From the NCBI GenBank assembly GCA_964645535.1, contig CAZYCQ010000035.1, positions 1-33,335 on the forward strand: DNA of 33,335 nt, given 5' to 3'. Source of the DNA: an uncultured archaeon. GTDB taxonomy: Archaea; Asgardarchaeota; Heimdallarchaeia; Heimdallarchaeales; Kariarchaeaceae. Shown piece after piece: positions 28,071-33,335 of this stretch (its first letter is position 1; each line of letters starts with the position of its first letter). Position numbers and translations under genes: made by a program. Under the pieces are notes generated by a model, which saw only the letters and a program-made list of their open reading frames with translations, had not been told where the DNA came from and did not search any database.

Positions 28071-29039
28071 TTGATGAACCCAGTATTGGTAGCACAAGAT
28101 GTGTGGAAAGCCTACAAGAAGAAATATGCTTTGCAAGGAGCATCTTTAGAGCTTAATCGCGGAGAAATTTTAGGATTGTTGGGTCCGAATGGTGCCGGAA
28201 AAACAACCCTCATCAAAATAATGGCGACCCTCCTCACAAAAGATTCGGGAACAGTGGAAATTCTCGGATATGACTTGGACAAGCATCCTAATGAGATTAG
28301 GCATGTACTGGGTTATGTGGGACAGGACACGGAACGTTCTGCATACGCAAGACTTACAGCAAGAGAGAATCTTCAGTTTTTCGGATCCCTTAGGGGGCTA
28401 GATAGAAAAACGATCAATGAAAAGATCGATGAACTGGTCGAAAAATTCAGGTTTGAAGAGGAGATTCTTAATAAACAATTCATGCACCTTTCCGGGGGTC
28501 AAAAGCAGGCAGTCGTAATTATGCGTGCCTTGTTGCATGATCCACCCATCCTTTTCCTTGATGAACCGACCAAAGGACTGGATCCGTTTGCCGCTGCCAA
28601 TATTCGGAGATTCCTTCGAGAGTATGTGAAAGGTAAAGGCAAATCCTTGCTTCTGACATCACATATCCTTCCCGAGGTTGATGAACTTGCAGACAGATGT
28701 ACCCTTATCAGCAAAGGGAAAACCCCAGTGACTGGAACACCAACTGAACTAAAGGCAGCAGTTGGAGCCACCAACTTCATCGACATCCAAGCAACATATC
28801 TATCTGAATCCTTAGTTGATGAGGTTTTAGCACTCCCTTCTGTCATATCCTACACAACCTACAATAATGGGGAACTGTGGCATCGTTTTGGCCTTAAGGA
28901 TCTATTTAGTGGAACTCAGGATCTTTTGGCATTCATGAGACAATATGGGATTGAAGGTGGCTTCAAGCATCATGAGGTTTCCTTGGAAGATGCCTTCATC
29001 CATTTCATAGGGGAGTTCAAAGACGAGGTGGAAGCGTGA
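28071..29039 (+). CDS. ABC transporter ATP-binding protein (ABC-2/multidrug exporter type)
   Basis: GPNGAGKTT, LSGGQKQ, LFLDEPT, TSH and C-terminal SLEDAF. Confidence 0.95.
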   Translation: MMNPVLVAQDVWKAYKKKYALQGASLELNRGEILGLLGPNGAGKTTLIKIMATLLTKDSGTVEILGYDLDKHPNEIRHVLGYVGQDTERSAYARLTARENLQFFGSLRGLDRKTINEKIDELVEKFRFEEEILNKQFMHLSGGQKQAVVIMRALLHDPPILFLDEPTKGLDPFAAANIRRFLREYVKGKGKSLLLTSHILPEVDELADRCTLISKGKTPVTGTPTELKAAVGATNFIDIQATYLSESLVDEVLALPSVISYTTYNNGELWHRFGLKDLFSGTQDLLAFMRQYGIEGGFKHHEVSLEDAFIHFIGEFKDEVEA

Positions 29040-29893
29040 CAGCTACAGTAACCGTTGCAAGCCAAGCAATACGAACCTTGTCCAAGCCAGTATCTTTCTT
29101 TCATGTGGTAAAAGCGTCATTCTTGAAAGAATTCCAGATAACCTTAAGATACAGGGCGAATCTCATTGCAAATCAGATTCAATCACTCATGTTCATAGGC
29201 ATGTTTGCCTTGATGGCCACAGCTTTTGCATTTAATACAGAAACCCCACTTTCATTCGAACAGACGATAGTATTTTTCCTGTCAGGCCTCATCATCGTGT
29301 TTTTTGATGGGGTCGCATTGTGGAAACCCATCAATAGCGTAAACAGGGACCTTTACAATGGAACTCTGGAGTACCTGTTTTTCAACCCCCATTCCCGGGT
29401 GGCCTACTTTATTGGGAATATACTGACCTCTGCAACCTTTGCGTCGATTTTCATGGTTCCCTTAATGGTTGCTCTTGTATGGCTTTCTGGACTCAATTTT
29501 GTTTCATTTCTCTATGTGCTGGCAGCAATTATTTTGACGGTTAGCGTATTGGTTGCTTTTGGCGTCATGATAAGTTTGATGGCCATCATGTATAAGCAGA
29601 CAAGTAATCTGGCAGGAATACTAAATACACTTTTTACCTTCCTCAGTGGCTTTCTGTTTCCCATATCAATTCTTCCCGAGCCAATATTGGGAATTAGCCT
29701 ACTCCTTCCCTACACGTATGGTATCGATCTCATACGACACTATACCCTAGGTTCGGCATGGGAAACTTTCTTGCCATTGAACATGACTTGGGGACTCCTT
29801 GGCGGCTTTGCCGTAATCTATTGGATCATTGCGCTCTTCTTGTTAAAGAGGGTGGAAATTTTTGCCAAACAACAAGGGTTACATCTGATTTGA
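29036..29893 (+). CDS. ABC-2 type permease
   Basis: Six TM helices; GTLEYL and SGFLFPISILP...LPYTYGIDLIR; GTGA overlap with the ATPase gene. Confidence 0.9.
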   Translation: MTATVTVASQAIRTLSKPVSFFHVVKASFLKEFQITLRYRANLIANQIQSLMFIGMFALMATAFAFNTETPLSFEQTIVFFLSGLIIVFFDGVALWKPINSVNRDLYNGTLEYLFFNPHSRVAYFIGNILTSATFASIFMVPLMVALVWLSGLNFVSFLYVLAAIILTVSVLVAFGVMISLMAIMYKQTSNLAGILNTLFTFLSGFLFPISILPEPILGISLLLPYTYGIDLIRHYTLGSAWETFLPLNMTWGLLGGFAVIYWIIALFLLKRVEIFAKQQGLHLI

Positions 29894-29894
29894 G

Positions 29895-30728
29895 GTGGTA
29901 TCAATGTACATGAAAGTTTCTCCCACACGCGTTTTCTTTGCCACAATCCTCAAAGAGTTAAGAATATCCTTCAGATATCGGGCGAATTTGATCGGAGCAT
30001 TCTATCAAACCATGCTTATGGTGTTTGCCTTCTATATTTTTGGAAATGCCATTTCCTTTCGAACCTTAGATATGGTTCAAGGAACTGCACGTGCAAGTAG
30101 CGTTTTCCTCTTCTTTATTTCAGGAATACTTCTGGTCATCATGATTGACATAGCTCTTTGGATGCCCTTGAATTCTGTAAACAATGATCTCTATAACGGA
30201 ACCCTGGAATATCTCTATTCTACACCCTTTTCACGTTTCAGCTATTTTTCAGGAACCATTGTCGCCTCTGCATTCCTCAGAATGATCTTTCTTGCCCCTG
30301 TCATGGTAGGCATCGTGTTTTTCGGAGAACTGACGAATGAGATTTGGGCACTTCTCTTGGTTGTTCTTGTCACCACGGTTTCATTAATCGGTGTCGGGAT
30401 AATCATTGCATTAAGCGCAATACTCTGGAAGGAAACATCAGGAATTGTTCAGATCCTTGGAATGTTATTCCAATTTATTGCGGGAGCATTCATTCCCGTC
30501 CAATCATTCCCAATTTGGTTGAAGTGGATTGCATTTCTTTTTCCACAGACATTTGCCTTTGATCTGAGCAGGCATTACACATTTAGAGGAAATTGGCCCA
30601 CCCTTCTCCCTGTTTTTTGGGAATGGACAATCCTAGTTCTTTCGATCCCATTTTATTTCTTCCTTTCATTGAAGCTTCTTCAACGAGTGGAAAAGCATGC
30701 AAGGAACCAAGGGCTGCACCTCATCTAG
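29895..30728 (+). CDS. ABC-2 type permease (paralogue of the preceding gene)
   Basis: GTLEYL and AGAFIPVQSFP...FPQTFAFDLSR; same QGLHLI C-terminus. Confidence 0.9.
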   Translation: MVSMYMKVSPTRVFFATILKELRISFRYRANLIGAFYQTMLMVFAFYIFGNAISFRTLDMVQGTARASSVFLFFISGILLVIMIDIALWMPLNSVNNDLYNGTLEYLYSTPFSRFSYFSGTIVASAFLRMIFLAPVMVGIVFFGELTNEIWALLLVVLVTTVSLIGVGIIIALSAILWKETSGIVQILGMLFQFIAGAFIPVQSFPIWLKWIAFLFPQTFAFDLSRHYTFRGNWPTLLPVFWEWTILVLSIPFYFFLSLKLLQRVEKHARNQGLHLI

Positions 30729-31470
30729 TTAACCAGTTTTTGAACCAAGAGGGCATGACATATCCCAAATATGCCACAATTGCCGAAATTGCAACCACAA
30801 TCCATGCTAGATAGTAAAAGATGGTGTAACCTCCTCCTGTTATGACACCTGTAATTAGGTCAAGGGCAAAGAAGACAAAAGTAAGAATGACCCCAAGTCC
30901 AAAAAGACCGATGAGCCTCAAGCCAATCCTGCCAAGTCGATCAGAGGTCTTCTTTGAGACCTGAAAGGAAGATTTGATGAGAAGACCGTATGTGATTGTG
31001 GAGATAATCACGTGATAAAGGATGATTGGAGCAATTTGGGCATAAACCCCGTAATTGAAAGATATATGATTGATGAGCATGCCTATGGTCATTCCATTGA
31101 GAATCGAGAAGAAGGTCAGCCGTCGATTAATCGTGGTATCTTTTGAAAAAAGAGAGTTATAGAAACCAATGGCAAAGATATTGGCAATAGCAGTCAACAT
31201 GTAAGAAATGACAATCGTGAAATCGGTGAATGATTGGGTTCTTCGAGGAATTGAACCGAAATAGTCAAGTGCCTTTCCAGAAGCCAAAAGGAAAACAGGC
31301 AATGAGGTGAAGAAAAGATTCAGATAGAGATAGGCCAAAGCCTTATTTCTTCGTTCAAGATATTTTTGAAATACGCGTACTGTCACATAAAATGTGATTA
31401 TTGCAACCGTGAACTCAGTAAGGACTGCCATCAGTGGAATGTCATCCCTTGTCTCAAACAATCCATTCAT
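30721..31470 (-). CDS. 7TM membrane protein (paralogue 2)
   Basis: Start reassigned to MNGLFETRDDIP (ATGA overlap with the upstream gene's stop); seven hydrophobic helices; KYLERR and LGYVMPSWFK. Confidence 0.8.
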   Translation of the reverse strand: MNGLFETRDDIPLMAVLTEFTVAIITFYVTVRVFQKYLERRNKALAYLYLNLFFTSLPVFLLASGKALDYFGSIPRRTQSFTDFTIVISYMLTAIANIFAIGFYNSLFSKDTTINRRLTFFSILNGMTIGMLINHISFNYGVYAQIAPIILYHVIISTITYGLLIKSSFQVSKKTSDRLGRIGLRLIGLFGLGVILTFVFFALDLITGVITGGGYTIFYYLAWIVVAISAIVAYLGYVMPSWFKNWLTR

Positions 31471-32219
31471 GAAGACCGACCTCCCTCGATACGCCGTTTC
31501 AACCATTCCGGCATCAGATATCCAAGTGATCCAAAAATGGTTCCGATAGCTGCAGAGATCCACGCAAGATAATATTCTAGGTTGAATGTTGTTCCAGCCG
31601 TTATGATTTTGAAATTATCCAACCCGAAAAAAATGAAGACCAGATTGAGGAAAACGCCAAACAGACCAATAAACCTGAAACCCCACCTTGCAACATCGTC
31701 TTTTGTCCTATTCGATGTTTTGAAGGATTGGTAAGCCAATAATGAATTGACAAAGAACGAAAGAAGAACGTGGTAGACCACAATAGGAAAAATCCTTGAA
31801 TACACTCCAAATTCGAAAGAGTTAACGTCCATAATCCAGCCCACAGTAATTCCATTCAAGGTGGCAAAGACAATCATTCGCCATTCCTTGTTGGACAAAT
31901 ATACAAATTCAACGAAGTTATAAAGAAAGGCATTTGCAATTGCCGAAAAGGCATAGGCAAGATTTATGGCAAATCCAGAATAGCTGATGACGGATTGCGG
32001 GACATCATTGAAAAAATCCAGGTATTTGCCGGCCGCACTGACCAATATCCCCAACCCGTAGAACAAAATAGCCCCGCTCAAATAAAATGCGGCAGGACGA
32101 CGTCGTTCCAAATATTTTCGGATTATAACAACAGTCAATACGATAAGCTCTATCGCCACTATGGTCTCCAAATAAAGGGAATAAATAGGGATATCATTTC
32201 GGACTATGTTTTCAAGCAT
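31467..32219 (-). CDS. 7TM membrane protein (paralogue 1)
   Basis: Seven hydrophobic helices; KYLERR, GKYLDF, YYLAW and LGYLMPEWLK. Confidence 0.8.
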   Translation of the reverse strand: MLENIVRNDIPIYSLYLETIVAIELIVLTVVIIRKYLERRRPAAFYLSGAILFYGLGILVSAAGKYLDFFNDVPQSVISYSGFAINLAYAFSAIANAFLYNFVEFVYLSNKEWRMIVFATLNGITVGWIMDVNSFEFGVYSRIFPIVVYHVLLSFFVNSLLAYQSFKTSNRTKDDVARWGFRFIGLFGVFLNLVFIFFGLDNFKIITAGTTFNLEYYLAWISAAIGTIFGSLGYLMPEWLKRRIEGGRSS

Positions 32220-32223
32220 TGAA

Positions 32224-32682
32224 TCACCAGAGGCTTTCCTTGATTCGCCTTACTGCCTCTTCATCTTCTTTGCTTTTAACTTCATTAATTATAGAGATGA
32301 TTTTCTGCTCAAGTTTTTCGTACTCCGATTCAGGGATGAGTGAGATTTCACCTTTTGCCTTATTAAGGAAAAAGAAGATTTCGGTTTCAATTTTGCTGAA
32401 CAGTGTCTCAATTACGGCTTCCTCAGTGGAATCATTCATGTCGGTTATCACTGCAATGGAAAATTCCTTGTTCCTATAAAGATGGATGGTCTTAAGTTCA
32501 GTGTTGAATTTTCGAAGTTTCCCCGCCTTGATTTCTTCCATAAAGCTCATTATTGCAGAAAGAATGCCACTGAAAAGATAAGTATCATCCTTGGATGTGG
32601 AGGTTGCTTTCCGATGTAAGGGATCAGTCACACTGAGAATCGGGATACCATTGTTGTTGAGAACATAAATTGCAGCCACCAC
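32224..32682 (-). CDS. Longin/roadblock-fold protein (Asgard type)
   Basis: IYVLNNNGIPILS...LFSGILSAIMSFMEEI..GKLRKF...IAVITD pattern. Confidence 0.75.
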   Translation of the reverse strand: MVAAIYVLNNNGIPILSVTDPLHRKATSTSKDDTYLFSGILSAIMSFMEEIKAGKLRKFNTELKTIHLYRNKEFSIAVITDMNDSTEEAVIETLFSKIETEIFFFLNKAKGEISLIPESEYEKLEQKIISIINEVKSKEDEEAVRRIKESLW

Positions 32683-32899
32683 AAAAAATTACCAAGAGTT
32701 GGTAGATAAAAACATTTGTGGTGAAGAACCACCACGTTTGAAACGGAAAAAATTTTCAGGGAATTTTTGATCAGATCTCTCCGTCCAAAACATCATTAGA
32801 GAACCTTCTGATGAAACAACAAATTCAAAGCCAAGAAGACTATTTGCATATACATATCTTTCTCAACTTCCCGAAATTCCATTTTCCAAAGGACATGTT

Positions 32900-33042
32900 T
32901 TTTTGCGGGGAATTTCTGTTGGATTTGTGGGTCACCCCACCGTTTCGACGGAGGTATTTAAGCAAGGTGTGTCGCGTGTGGTAAATGAAACTCGGAAATT
33001 TATTTTCCCTTTTCAGCCACCCAGGATGCAGATTCCACCACG
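32900..33042 (+). promoter_or_regulatory. CRISPR leader
   Basis: Apparently non-coding stretch before the first intact repeat; CCGT-TTCG-ACGG palindrome followed by the TATA-like GTATTTAAG (about 32940-32962). Confidence 0.55.
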
Positions 33043-33303
33043 GTTACAATAGAGGTTTCTAGCTGGTCTAGATTGAAAGAATCTTGGCCGCCAAGAATGT
33101 CGACTCTGTAATCTCCCAGTTACAATAGAGGTTTCTAGCTGGTCTAGATTGAAAGTTTCAGAAGACGGAAAACTAACCCTAAAAACACACGGTGTTACAA
33201 TAGAGGTTTCTAGCTGGTCTAGATTGAAAGTTTGACGTGTCTAAACTGAAAGCCGTTGTACCGGCTGTTTCAATAGAGGTTTCTAGCTGGTCTAGATTGA
33301 GCA
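33043..33303 (+). CRISPR. CRISPR array: four 37-bp repeats (GTTACAATAGAGGTTTCTAGCTGGTCTAGATTGAAAG) and three spacers of 39, 38 and 36 bp
   Basis: Repeats at 33043-33079, 33119-33155, 33194-33230 and a degenerate copy at 33267-33303; CTAG/CTAG stem followed by ATTGAAAG. Confidence 0.97.
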
Positions 33304-33335
33304 TGAATCAACGTGACTGATGTGGTCTATTTGAC

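Noticed and set aside
30721-32219. Microbial rhodopsin or heliorhodopsin
   Set aside because: Neither protein has a retinal-binding Lys in helix 7.
32771-33052. Long stop-free plus-strand stretch across the CRISPR leader
   Set aside because: It has no early start codon or recognisable motif and runs into the first repeat.

Overview
Archaeal chromosomal window, most likely from an Asgard archaeon (Heimdallarchaeia-like). This is an inference from a Rab-like small GTPase, a longin-like protein beside two 7TM proteins, an LRR remnant, TATA-type promoters and a PriS-type primase. The left part (1-21 kb) is mostly metabolic and membrane genes: CopB-type Cu ATPase, membrane-anchored wHTH regulator, GGCT, NnrS-like protein, AidB-like acyl-CoA dehydrogenase, AKR, YdjM-like hydrolase, large surface protein, SDR, NDH-2, epimerase, an atypical PriS paralogue, two zinc-ribbon paralogues and a transglutaminase-like protein. 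An accessory region at about 21.2-27.2 kb holds pseudogene debris and the most striking locus, two tandem cassettes. Each pairs a clan CD (caspase/CHAT-like) His-Cys protease domain plus a variable hydrophobic C-terminus with a downstream membrane protein. The cassettes share a 263-bp GC-rich constant segment with an 88-bp identical core, and the second cassette is broken. This looks like a self-processing polymorphic toxin/immunity (archaeocin-like) system with an orphan module. The right end has a degenerate FNR-like gene, an ABC-2 exporter, a longin plus 2x7TM operon and a 4-repeat CRISPR array with a leader but no cas genes in view. All family calls come from reading motifs by eye; no database searches were run.
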